64,000 nucleotides of DNA. Origin: Gammaproteobacteria bacterium GWE2_42_36 (lineage in GTDB: Bacteria; Pseudomonadota; Gammaproteobacteria; UBA12402). Where the stretch lies: assembly GCA_001801305.1 (NCBI GenBank), contig MGXH01000002.1, forward strand, positions 3,054 to 67,053, written 5' to 3'. Shown here in pieces: positions 7,871 to 19,200 of this stretch. The notes under the pieces are model-generated. The model saw only the letters and a program-made list of their open reading frames with translations, was not told where the DNA came from and searched no databases. A program made the translations under genes and the position numbers. How positions within the stretch are numbered: position 1 is the first letter of the stretch; each line of letters begins with the position of its first letter.

Positions 7871-10480
7871 ATGCTGTCGACTCAAGCCATACGCGAAAAA
7901 TTTCTCACTTATTTTCAATCGAAAGGGCATACAATTGTTTCGAGCAGTTCGCTTGTGCCTACAAATGATCCGACCTTGCTATTTACTAATGCGGGCATGG
8001 TGCCTTTTAAAGATGTATTTCTTGGACGCGAGCAACGATCTTATCGTCGCGCGACGACTGTGCAAAAATGTATGCGTGCAGGGGGTAAACATAACGATTT
8101 GGAGCAAGTGGGTTATACGGCACGGCATCATACGTTTTTTGAAATGCTCGGCAATTTTAGTTTTGGTGATTATTTTAAGCGCGAGGCGATTCAGTTTGCA
8201 TGGGAATTTTTAACAGGCGTTTTGCAATTGCCAAAAGAGCGTTTATGGATCACGGTTTTCGAAAAAGATGATGAAGCGGCACAAATTTGGCTCGATGAAA
8301 TGAAAATCGATCCCAAACGTTTTTCCCGCTGTGGTGAAAAAGATAATTTTTGGGCGATGGGTGATACAGGACCTTGCGGACCTTGTTCGGAAATTTTTTA
8401 CGATCATGGCCCCTCAATTGCCGGTGGCCCGCCGGGGAGTGTGGATGCTGAAGGTGATCGATATGTTGAAATATGGAATTTGGTGTTCATGCAATTTGAA
8501 CGAGATGGAACAGGGACTTTAACGCCATTGCCGAAACCGTCTGTCGATACGGGGATGGGATTGGAAAGAATTGCGGCGATTATGCAAGGCGTGCACAGCA
8601 ATTATGAGATCGATATTTTTAAAACTTTAATTCAAGCGATTGTTCAATTGGCCGGTAGTAAAGAAATGCTGAATCATCCTTCTCTCTGTGCGATTGCCGA
8701 TCACACCCGCGCGAGCGCCTTTTTAATTGTAGACGGCGTGTTGCCGTCGAACGAAGGACGAGGATATGTGTTGCGCCGAATTATTCGTCGCGCGATTCGT
8801 CATGGCAATCAATTGGGCTTAACGGAGCCATTTTTTTATCGATTGGTCGAGCCGCTCATCGCGACAATGGGTGAAGCCTATCCTGAATTAATCGCGGCAA
8901 AATCGATGATTGAAAAAGCGTTATTGCAGGAAGAACAACAATTTGCAAAAACGTTACAGCAAGGATTACAGCTGATCGATTCATTGATTGTTTCGGCGAA
9001 GACGAAAATGATTTCGGGTGAAATTGCGTTTAAATTATATGACACGTATGGTTTCCCGCTAGATCTCACAGAAATGATCGTGAAAGAAAAAGACTTTTCG
9101 GTGGATCGTGCAGGATTTGATGCGGCGATGGAAAAGCAACGTTCGCTTTCTCGTCAATCAAGTAAATTCAAGGCAGATTACCAACAAAAATTGAAAACAG
9201 AATTGAAATCAACATTCGTTGGCTATGATAAATTGCAAGACAAAGCCATCGTCCTAGCCATGTTGAAAAATAATGCTTCAGTCAACCTCTTACAAGAAGG
9301 TGAGTCAGGCCAGGTGATATTGGACAAAACGCCTTTTTATGCCGAATCTGGTGGGCAAGTGGCAGATCGAGGTTTTTTAGCGATCGATAATAATGTTTTT
9401 CAAGTCGAAGATGTGCAAAGGGTTGATCAAGCGATTGTACATTATGGGAAAATGATTTGTGGCGAAATCACTGAAAAACAGGAAGTGCTCGCAGAAGTGG
9501 ATATCGCCCATAGACAATCGGTGAAATTAAATCACTCAGCGGCGCATTTATTGCAAAGTGCATTACGCGCTGTTTTGGGAGAGCATGTCGTGCAAAAAGG
9601 ATCTTCCGTTGATGCCGACCGCCTGCGTTTTGATTTTCTGCATTTTCAGCCGGTTTCAAAAGAAGAATTACGGCAAGTCGAGCAACTTATCAATCAAAAA
9701 ATTCGCGCTAATCATCTGATTGAAACAACGGTAACGACTTATGATGAAGCCGTTGCTAAAGGTGCGATGGCTTTATTTAACGAAAAATATGGTGATCGAG
9801 TGCGCATGGTGAGCCTGGGCGATTTTTCAACAGAATTATGTGGTGGTACGCATGCGGCTCGTACCGGTGATCTAGGATTATTTAAAATCATTGAAGAAAT
9901 GGGGATTGCAGCTGGCGTTCGTCGTATTGAGGCTATCACGGGGGCCAAAGCGTTAGATTATATGGAAGCACAAATGGTTATTTTGGATCAATTGGCTCAA
10001 AAATTGAAAACGTCTACGGCGAAACTGCCCGAACGATTCGATCAACTGATCGAACAGCATAAAGTGCATGAAGTACTTTTACATGATTATGAACGTCGTT
10101 TAGCCGAGCAAAAACAGCAAGCGTTGATTCATTTAGTGGAAAAAGTGGGTGATATGGATGTGTTAATCGCAGAAGTCAAAGAAATCGAGCCGAAGTTGAT
10201 GCGAGAAATGGTTGAGTCCTTGAGAAGCCATTTTAATCGGAGCGTGATTTTATTGGCCGTTATTCATGAAGGAAGCATTCATCTGACTGCTGGCGTGACA
10301 AAAAACTGCGTTGATCGTGTTCAAGCCGGAGAGCTGATTAAACAGGCGTCTGAAGCTTTAGGCGGGAAGGGAGGGGGTCGTCCTGATTTCGCGCAAGGCG
10401 GTGGAAAACAGATTGATCAACTGCCGACCGTGTTGGAAATGCTTAAAAACTGGACAAAACATAAAATTTTAGTAAAATAA
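7871..10480 (+). CDS. alaS: alanine--tRNA ligase
   Basis: Class II AlaRS motifs (FTNAGMVPFK, FFEMLGNFSFGDYFK, WAMGDTGPCGPCSEIF), editing-domain HSAAHLL and a C-terminal DHHA1 domain. The start was taken at MLSTQAIREKF, which is Met15 of the track ORF. Confidence 0.95.
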   Translation: MLSTQAIREKFLTYFQSKGHTIVSSSSLVPTNDPTLLFTNAGMVPFKDVFLGREQRSYRRATTVQKCMRAGGKHNDLEQVGYTARHHTFFEMLGNFSFGDYFKREAIQFAWEFLTGVLQLPKERLWITVFEKDDEAAQIWLDEMKIDPKRFSRCGEKDNFWAMGDTGPCGPCSEIFYDHGPSIAGGPPGSVDAEGDRYVEIWNLVFMQFERDGTGTLTPLPKPSVDTGMGLERIAAIMQGVHSNYEIDIFKTLIQAIVQLAGSKEMLNHPSLCAIADHTRASAFLIVDGVLPSNEGRGYVLRRIIRRAIRHGNQLGLTEPFFYRLVEPLIATMGEAYPELIAAKSMIEKALLQEEQQFAKTLQQGLQLIDSLIVSAKTKMISGEIAFKLYDTYGFPLDLTEMIVKEKDFSVDRAGFDAAMEKQRSLSRQSSKFKADYQQKLKTELKSTFVGYDKLQDKAIVLAMLKNNASVNLLQEGESGQVILDKTPFYAESGGQVADRGFLAIDNNVFQVEDVQRVDQAIVHYGKMICGEITEKQEVLAEVDIAHRQSVKLNHSAAHLLQSALRAVLGEHVVQKGSSVDADRLRFDFLHFQPVSKEELRQVEQLINQKIRANHLIETTVTTYDEAVAKGAMALFNEKYGDRVRMVSLGDFSTELCGGTHAARTGDLGLFKIIEEMGIAAGVRRIEAITGAKALDYMEAQMVILDQLAQKLKTSTAKLPERFDQLIEQHKVHEVLLHDYERRLAEQKQQALIHLVEKVGDMDVLIAEVKEIEPKLMREMVESLRSHFNRSVILLAVIHEGSIHLTAGVTKNCVDRVQAGELIKQASEALGGKGGGRPDFAQGGGKQIDQLPTVLEMLKNWTKHKILVK

Positions 10481-10913
10481 AATCACTTAATTTTTTGGTG
10501 CTTTGTGTGTGGCAGAGAATTTTTCTAAAAAATTAAGAAAAAAGGATTTTGTATATTGTTCAAAAAAGGTGAGGGAATACGTCAGTTCACTTGCGTGATG
10601 CAGAAATAGATCTGATTTTTCTTAAGTAGTTATTTTTATTGTTATTTGTTTAGACTTTTTAAAACGTTCTGGGAAATACAGAATATTGTTTTATCCGTTA
10701 TCGATAAAATTTTAACGAAAAAATGAAATGCGAACGTATCTTATTTTCGCCCATTATTTTTTCGCCTAATTCAGAGATGGATGAAAAGTTTAAAAAATAA
10801 CCAAGATAAACAATTTGCTTAAGTTTCTCTTAAGTTTTTGCGTCTATATTGAATGGGCTGCCAGTGTTGCAGTGACTGGTTGCACAAAATTTAAAATTTA
10901 CAAGGAGAAGATC

Positions 10914-11135
10914 ATGCTTATATTAACGAGGAGAATCGGAGAGACATTAATTATTGGTGATGATGTGTTAGTCACCGTTTTAGGTGTCAAAGGTAATCAA
11001 GTGCGCGTCGGCATTAATGCGCCTAAGACAACTTCTGTTCATCGCGAAGAAATTTATAAACGTATTCAAGATGAAAAAGAAAAAAATCAAGAAATATCGG
11101 AAGAAACCGATCAAGATGATACAGGAAATCAATAG
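10914..11135 (+). CDS. csrA: carbon storage regulator CsrA with an acidic C-terminal tail
   Basis: [38 protein letters not shown] matches CsrA. An AAGGAG Shine-Dalgarno lies 7 nt upstream. The tail is [20 protein letters not shown]. Confidence 0.9.
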   Translation: MLILTRRIGETLIIGDDVLVTVLGVKGNQVRVGINAPKTTSVHREEIYKRIQDEKEKNQEISEETDQDDTGNQ

Positions 11136-11256
11136 GGTTTCTGCCTTTCGTCACGGTATAGTATAGAAAATAAATTTCAACTATTGTTGTATTTGAATTC
11201 TGAAGCGTCATCCCGCGTGCTTCATGCCCGTCAATTGCGGGGCGCAGCCGATCTCT

Positions 11257-11281
11257 CGTCATTGCGCTCCCCGCAATGACG
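11257..11281. repeat. GC-rich perfect hairpin (10-bp stem cgtcattgcg/cgcaatgacg, 5-nt loop) with a partial upstream copy
   Basis: Inverted repeat read directly from the sequence. A related arm (ccgtcaattgcgggg) lies about 25 nt upstream. It sits between convergent csrA and the ArnA-like gene. Confidence 0.35.
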
Positions 11282-11327
11282 GCAGAACGTTCTTGAATCA
11301 TGTCACAATCGCGGCGAATAGTTACAT

Positions 11328-12344
11328 TTATTTCAGATGGTAATCTAACGTTTTTCGAAGCGCTGTTTCAATATCATATTGCGGTTTCCAGCCCAGGCAA
11401 TTTTCCGCATGCTTGATTGAAGGAACGCGAGAAGGAACATCTTGATAGCCTTTGCCGTAATAAATGTTGGCATCTGTATCGATGAGTTTTGTTTTTTCTG
11501 CTAATTTTGCATATTTCGGATAAGTCTTAATGAGCTTCACTAATAACTCCGCCAATTCCCGAATCGATAAATCATTTTTCGGATTACCAATATTGAAAAT
11601 TTGTCCATTCGCCTTTCCCTCTTGATTATCGATAATTCGCATGAGGGCATCGATCCCATCATCAATGTAGGTAAAGCTTCGACGCTGTCTGCCACCATCG
11701 ACTAATTGAATATCTTTACCGCGCAAAATATTGCCGATAAATTGCGTTAAGACACGAGAACTGCCTTCTTTTTCGGCAAACACATCATCTTGTTTGGGGC
11801 CGATCCAGTTGAATGGTCTGAAATTGGTAAATTGTAATCCTTGGTGATTACCATAAGCATAAATAATTCGATCCATGAGTTGCTTAGAGGTTGAATAAAT
11901 CCATCGCTCTTTATTGATTGGCCCGACAATGAGCGGGCTTGTTTCTTCATCAAAAACGGCATCAGTCGACATCCCGTACACTTCAGACGTAGAGGGGAAT
12001 AGGACGCGTTTTTTATATTTGACGACTTGTCTAACAATCGGGAGATTAGCTTCGAAGTCGAGCTCAAACACACGCAGTGGATCGGTTACATAAGTGGAAG
12101 GTGTAGCGACGGCAACGAGTGGCAAAACCACATCGCATTTTTTGATATGATATTCGATCCATTCTTTATGGATCGTAATATCACCTTCGGTAAAGTGAAA
12201 ACGTTCGCGGCCCAATGAGCCCTCTAATTTATTGGCTGCAAGATCCATGCCATAGACGACCCAATCGGTATTGTCTAAAATCATTTCAGTTAGGCGGCTG
12301 CCGATAAATCCATTGACGCCTAAAATCAGTATTTTTTTAGTCAT
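11328..12344 (-). CDS. UDP-glucuronate decarboxylase-type NAD-dependent epimerase/dehydratase, homologous to the ArnA C-terminal domain
   Basis: Rossmann motif ILGVNGFIGSRL and a strong resemblance to the E. coli ArnA dehydrogenase domain (HFTEGDITIHKEWIEYHIKKCDVVLPLVA, PSTSEVYGM). There is no N-terminal formyltransferase domain. Confidence 0.8.
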   Translation of the reverse strand: MTKKILILGVNGFIGSRLTEMILDNTDWVVYGMDLAANKLEGSLGRERFHFTEGDITIHKEWIEYHIKKCDVVLPLVAVATPSTYVTDPLRVFELDFEANLPIVRQVVKYKKRVLFPSTSEVYGMSTDAVFDEETSPLIVGPINKERWIYSTSKQLMDRIIYAYGNHQGLQFTNFRPFNWIGPKQDDVFAEKEGSSRVLTQFIGNILRGKDIQLVDGGRQRRSFTYIDDGIDALMRIIDNQEGKANGQIFNIGNPKNDLSIRELAELLVKLIKTYPKYAKLAEKTKLIDTDANIYYGKGYQDVPSRVPSIKHAENCLGWKPQYDIETALRKTLDYHLK

Positions 12345-12347
12345 AAT

Positions 12348-13301
12348 TTATTGTCCTTCTTGTTGTTGACGAATTTCTCGAATTACAAAGCGCGGTCGTT
12401 TTAATGTTTCCAGATAAATTCTACCGATGTATTCACCTAAAATACCAACGCCCATGATGATGAGACCCATGATAAAAAAGGCGATGGCGAATAAAGTAAA
12501 CAATCCAGCGACTTCAGGGCCTATGACCAATCGACGAATGAGCAAGTAAATGACAAATAATAAGCTTAAAATCGAGACTGAAATCCCAATAAACGTAAAC
12601 ATTTGCAGTGGAACAAGCGAGAAATTCGTGATCAAGTCAAAATTATAGCGAATCAATTTGTAAAAACTGTAACTCGAGGTGCCGGCAGCACGTTCTTCAT
12701 GTTTGATACCGATTTCAGCGGGATTCGCGGCATAGGTCAACGCTAATGCGGTAATAAATGTCGAGCTTTCTCCGCTGGATACCATGAGATCGACTAAATT
12801 ACGACGATACGCGCGTAACATCGATCCTTCATCTTCCATTTTAAGGGAGGGAATCATTTTTTTACGTAACCAATTATGCGCATGAGAAACAAATAATCGC
12901 CATGGATTGTCTTGTCGATCCATGCGGTGGGTATTTACCACGTCATGACCTTTTTCCATTTCAGCGACGAGGCGAGGAATTTCTTCGGGCGGATTCTGTA
13001 AGTCGGCGTCCATCGTGATAATGATTTCACCACGGACATTTTCAAATCCTGCCATGATCGCCATATGTTGACCATAATTGCGATTGAAATGAATAATACG
13101 GAATTCGTTTGGTCGACGCTTAACGAAATCATTTAAAATCGCTGTAGAATTATCGGTGCTACCGTCATTCGTTAAAATCACTTCATACGGTTTGCCGAGT
13201 TGATCCATCACCGTGGTTAAACGTTGATAGAGAATTTCTAACACTTCCTGTTCGTTATGAACGGGAATGACGATGCTGATATAGGGTAGAGACGTAGTCA
13301 T
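12348..13301 (-). CDS. arnC: undecaprenyl-phosphate aminoarabinose transferase-like GT2 glycosyltransferase
   Basis: GT2 motifs (SIVIPVHNE, TMDADLQNPPEEI) and two C-terminal TM helices, as in ArnC/dolichol-phosphate sugar transferases. Confidence 0.8.
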   Translation of the reverse strand: MTTSLPYISIVIPVHNEQEVLEILYQRLTTVMDQLGKPYEVILTNDGSTDNSTAILNDFVKRRPNEFRIIHFNRNYGQHMAIMAGFENVRGEIIITMDADLQNPPEEIPRLVAEMEKGHDVVNTHRMDRQDNPWRLFVSHAHNWLRKKMIPSLKMEDEGSMLRAYRRNLVDLMVSSGESSTFITALALTYAANPAEIGIKHEERAAGTSSYSFYKLIRYNFDLITNFSLVPLQMFTFIGISVSILSLLFVIYLLIRRLVIGPEVAGLFTLFAIAFFIMGLIIMGVGILGEYIGRIYLETLKRPRFVIREIRQQQEGQ

Positions 13302-13380
13302 GAAAAAACCTCAGTTGTTTGTTTTGAGATAAATGGGAAAATCTTAGTTAAAAAAACATCAGTTCTTTTAAAATAAATGC

Positions 13381-14538
13381 TTACTTTCTAAATACCTCTT
13401 TCATTGTCGCAACGACCCGATCTTGTTGTTGTTCAGTTAGATCTGGGAAAAGCGGCAAACTGACAATGCGGCTTGCAATTGATTCGGTGTGTGGAAAATC
13501 GCCGAGCTTGTAGCCAAATTGATTACGGTAAAATGAATACAAATGTACCGCATCGTAGTGCAATCCTGTGCCGATATTATGTTCTTTCATTTTGGCCATG
13601 AAGGTATCGCGATCAACGCCAGCCACTTCCGGATTGATGAGCGGCGCAAACAAATGCCACGCATGTTTGCAATCGTAAGACGTTTTTGAAGGCGGCAAGG
13701 TGATTTCTTTCCAATCGGCGAGCAAGTGTAAATAACGATTCACCAAAACCGTTCGACGTTCGATAAACCGATCAAGCGAAGCGAGTTGATGAATGCCGAT
13801 CGCTGCTTGCAGATCGAGCATATTATATTTATAACCAGCCGAGATGACATCGTAATGCTGACTGCCTTCTTTCGAAAAACGGTTAAAGGCATCGCGATCA
13901 ATGCCATGAAAGCTGTTCACTTTAACGGAGCGTACAACGTGCGAATCATTGGTTGTGACGCAGCCGCCTTCGCCGCTGGTCATATTTTTATTCGGGTGAA
14001 AACTAAAGACTTGAATATCGCCGAAGCTGCCCAAAATTTTTCCTTTATAATAGGCGCCAATTGCGTGGGCCGCATCTTCAATCACGCGTAAATTGTATTT
14101 TTTAGCCAGTGCATAAATTACGTCCAGATCAGCGGGTAATCCCGTGTAGTGAATCGGCATAATCGCTTTAGTTTTTGGGGTAATCGCCGATTCGATTTTA
14201 GTCACGTCAATATTGTATGTGCGAGGATCGATATCGACAAACACGGGTTTCGCGCCTGCTTGAACAATCGTATTGGCTGAAGCAGCAAACGTTAAAGGGG
14301 AGGTGATGACTTCATCGCCGGGCTGAAAGTTGAGCGCTTGTAAAGCCAGTTGCAATCCTGCCGTTGCGGAGGTCAGCGGTACGGCATTTTCCGCCTTTAA
14401 ATAAGTTTTGAGATTTTCCGTAAATTTTTGTACGCGCGGGCCTGTCGTAAGCCAACCGGATTTTAAACAGTCAACTACTTCAGCAATGGTTGCGTCGTCA
14501 ATTGAAGGGCGAGCAAAAGGTAAAAAAGACTCTGTCAT
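13381..14538 (-). CDS. arnB: UDP-4-amino-4-deoxy-L-arabinose--oxoglutarate aminotransferase-like (DegT/ArnB family)
   Basis: 385 aa DegT/DnrJ/EryC1 PLP aminotransferase (FSFHPNKNMTSGEGG lysine region, DAAHAIGA). Confidence 0.8.
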   Translation of the reverse strand: MTESFLPFARPSIDDATIAEVVDCLKSGWLTTGPRVQKFTENLKTYLKAENAVPLTSATAGLQLALQALNFQPGDEVITSPLTFAASANTIVQAGAKPVFVDIDPRTYNIDVTKIESAITPKTKAIMPIHYTGLPADLDVIYALAKKYNLRVIEDAAHAIGAYYKGKILGSFGDIQVFSFHPNKNMTSGEGGCVTTNDSHVVRSVKVNSFHGIDRDAFNRFSKEGSQHYDVISAGYKYNMLDLQAAIGIHQLASLDRFIERRTVLVNRYLHLLADWKEITLPPSKTSYDCKHAWHLFAPLINPEVAGVDRDTFMAKMKEHNIGTGLHYDAVHLYSFYRNQFGYKLGDFPHTESIASRIVSLPLFPDLTEQQQDRVVATMKEVFRK

Positions 14539-14545
14539 AGTGTTC

Positions 14546-14917
14546 TTAACTCCGAGTTACAAAATACACCCCTAGTAGGATGACCAAGATGCCAACAATC
14601 CGTGTGGCGGATAAATTTTCTCCTAAAAAAAGATAAGCGCCTATTGGCGCTAAAATAAAACCAATGCTGGTTAATGGATAAGCAATAGAAACATCCGTGC
14701 GCGATAAAACCAACAACCAGAGAATAACGCTTAATACATAACAAGTAATCCCCGAGATAATGTAAGGGCTGGTTGCGACTTTAATCCCGATTGGAATCAG
14801 GCTGGGCAGGGTAAAAGTAAACGTACCGATGTGATTCATGGCTGCTTTAAGTAACAGTTGCGCCAGCGCATTGAGCAACATACAGGCAAACACAATTGAG
14901 AAAACGAGGATAGTCAT
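14546..14917 (-). CDS. small multidrug-resistance-fold 4-TM protein, ArnE/ArnF-like flippase subunit
   Basis: 123 aa with four hydrophobic helices (EamA/SMR-like), immediately upstream of arnB in the same operon. Confidence 0.65.
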   Translation of the reverse strand: MTILVFSIVFACMLLNALAQLLLKAAMNHIGTFTFTLPSLIPIGIKVATSPYIISGITCYVLSVILWLLVLSRTDVSIAYPLTSIGFILAPIGAYLFLGENLSATRIVGILVILLGVYFVTRS

Positions 14918-15013
14918 AATTTTTATTGCGCCTCTTTTTTTGCGATCCCAAATAAAGCGCAGATTCTACTTTTTTTAAAAGGGGAAGTCTATTGGGGTGT
15001 GCCAAAAAAATCG

Positions 15014-16014
<1,001 letters not shown>

Positions 16015-16141
16015 TTTGACAACGAGCTACGCAGATCCTTAACGTGTTGATTATGGGCCTATCATGGTATGTCGATCCAGGCGATATTTGTGGTAAGAAG
16101 CCATCCATGGAAATTCATCCAGCTCAGCGTCCTTGCTTCGC

Positions 16142-16171
16142 GTTTATCGCTGCGTATTCCTCGCGATAAAC
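16142..16171. terminator. possible hairpin at the trxB / synthase-phosphorylase convergent junction (9-bp stem gtttatcgc/gcgataaac)
   Basis: Inverted repeat seen in the sequence. It has no clear U-tract, so any terminator role is uncertain. Confidence 0.2.
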
Positions 16172-16221
16172 CCATGCGCGTCGTTCGCCTGGGGAAATGC
16201 TTCGCATTTCCTTTACCAGGC

Positions 16222-19200
16222 TCACCCCCAAATCATCAGATTCATATCATGTGGATACACCAATTTTGGATGATAAGGATAAATACGGACACCATAGGAA
16301 AATAAGCCCGTATCTTCTATTTTATATTCCGCCGTATACGTCAAAATACCACTTTCTCGTTTATCTGAAAGTGTCAACGGCATAGTAATAGGTGATGATT
16401 TCATTGGATCATCGGTCGTACGAATTAAAATCAGTTCTGCTTTGATTTCACTGGCCTTTAGTTTTCCGGAGAATAAAAGCAAGGTGATTTTTAGTTCGCC
16501 ACTGGTTTGGATCTTTCCATTTTTAATCCCTTCGACTAAGAGCGTTTTGATTTTAAGGGTATTAAAATGTAATCGAGTGCGTTCTTTCCATCGTACCAGG
16601 GCCTTTAAATCGGCAAAATCATTTTGCTGTAACTGGGTTGAATAACGGGCCAAGGGTAAATACAATTCTGACAGATAGTTTTTTACCATGTGGTGTGCGT
16701 TAAATTCGCAGCTGACTTCCATGATGGACGCTTTCATTCGCGCTACCCATTCTGATTTTCTCGTATCCTTTTTACTGTCGTAATACAATGGCGCAATTGT
16801 GTATTCCAGTTTATTGAGCAAATCATCGCACTCCGCGGCATTGCGTTTTTCTTCGTTGGTTTGCATTTCAACGGTATCAATCGACCAACCGGCTTGAGGA
16901 CTTGTTTCATCCCACCAGCCATCTCGAATCGAAAAGTTCAGTCCGCCATTCATCGCGACTTTCATGCCGCTCGTGCCACAGGCTTCTTTAGGGTAAATGG
17001 GATTATTTAGCCAGATATCAACCCCTTGCACCAATGCTTTGCTTAAAGACATATCATAGTCTTCTAGAAAGATAACGTGACCTTTAAAAGCCGGGTCGCG
17101 GGTTATTTCAATGATAGATTTCAAGACGTTTTTACCTAATGTATCGGCCGGGTGTGATTTTCCGGCAATCAATAACACAACCGGCATTTGGGGATTGGTC
17201 AGAATTTTTACGGCGCGTTCTCGGTTATTAAAAATTAAATCGTGTCGTTTGTAAGTAGCAAATCTCCTGGCAAAACCAATCAATAATGTTTGATTGGTTA
17301 ATGTTTCCAATGAAGACTGAATGAGTGATTCTTTTTCACTGCGGCGCCGATATTCTTTAGGAATACGCTCTTTCAAAATATTTAATAGGCGGTCTTTTTG
17401 AATTTGGTGGGTGTCCCATAAACTGTAATCGGGGATGAGGCTCATTTTTTTCCAAGTTTCGGGATCGTCTTGTGCATCGAGCCAAGAGCCTCCCAAATAA
17501 GTATCGAAAAGAATTCTCATGGGAATACCTAACCAAGTTTCGAGATGTACCCCATTCGTGACCCCTTCAATGGGCACTTCATTTTCCAGTAATCCCGGCC
17601 AGATCGGTTGCCACATATGCTGCGCAACACGTTGATGAATTTTTGATACGCCATTGGATTTAGCCGTTAATTTTAACGCTAGAATGGTCATTGAAAAGTT
17701 ATGCGCATTATCAAAATCGCGTGCGAATTCGAGCAGCTTTTCAATGGGGACGCCCAACAATTGTGCCGATTTAGAGAAATACTCTTTAATTAAAGTTTCA
17801 TCAAACACTTCATTTCCTGCCGGAACAGGCGTGTGTGTCGTAAAGACGGATGAAGCGCGCACCATTTCGATGGCCTCTGAATGTGAAAAGCCTTGATTAG
17901 CTAACATTTTAATGCGTTCTAACAATAAAAAAGCAGAATGACCTTCATTGAGATGGTAGACGCTCGGTGTGATCGCTAGCTTATCGGCAATTAATCGAAC
18001 ACCTGCGACGCCTAACACAATTTCTTGTAATAAACGTTGTGTTTTAGAATTGCAATATAATCGATTCGTGATTTGCCGATCATCAGGGTTGTTTTCAGGG
18101 ACGTCCGTATCGAGTAAATAGAGCGGGACTTTCCCCACTTTGAGTTTCCATATGCCGACGAAAATCGTTCTGTTTTGAACTTCAACGCCAATCAATAGAG
18201 GTTTGCCCGAATCATCGCTAAGTTGTTTTAAAGGTAATACTTTAGGGTCGATTGTGGCATGTTCGATGAGTTGCTCACCTTGATGGTCGACGCGTTGTGT
18301 CAGGTAACCTTGCTTGTAATATAAACCAATCGCAATTAAGGGCAAATCCACATCAGATACAGATTTTAAATAATCACCCGCCAAAATACCGAGGCCACCT
18401 GCGTAGATTGGTAAACTTTCATCTAAACCATATTCCAAACAAAAATAGGCGATGGGTTGATCGGCGTGAATGACCTCTAAATCCAATTTGCTTTTACGAT
18501 TAAGATATTGATCGAAAGCAATGAGTAAATGATTATATTTTTCCATATACCCGGGATCATTCATTTTTTGGGATAACAACGTGGACGATACGTTATTCAA
18601 AAATTCAATCGGATTGCGTTTTACTTTTTCCCATAAAACCGGATCCATCCCTTGAAATAATAATTTCACTTCGTGATGCCATGCCCACCACAAGTTGTAA
18701 GCGAGATCTCGTAATTGTGAAAGTTGTGCGGGCAATTGACACTCATGTTGAAAAGATCGAAAGCGCGGAGTAGTGGATTCAACCGTATGATAACTAGCCA
18801 TATACTCATTTTGTATATCTTCATAGTAAATGTCATTGAACTCGATGGCTTGGTCATAAGCATCGAGATAATCCTGATAAAACAATTTCCAGTCGGCTAA
18901 TTGCGCTATTTTAGCGACTTGTTCACGGATCGATTGTTTTTGCGCATCGGTTTGTTGGACGGTTTTATAAAGACAATCGCTCAGGCTGGTGACAATTTCT
19001 TCCTGTGTCCCATAATGTAACACTTGGACGGCTTCCTGATTCGGTAATTGTAAACTACTGACCCAAGATCCAAAGCCAGCCAAATTAGTAGTAATCGTCG
19101 GTGTTTGATAGGCAATACTTTCAAGCGGTGTGTAACCCCAAGGTTCATAGTAAGAAGGGAAGATGCTGAGGTCACAAGCGGCTAATATTTTCTCATAATC

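Noticed and set aside
16069-16385. 78- and 62-aa plus-strand ORFs at the trxB / synthase-phosphorylase junction
   Set aside because: They overlap the 3' end of the 1405-aa gene on the opposite strand and a GC-rich hairpin region. No features support them.
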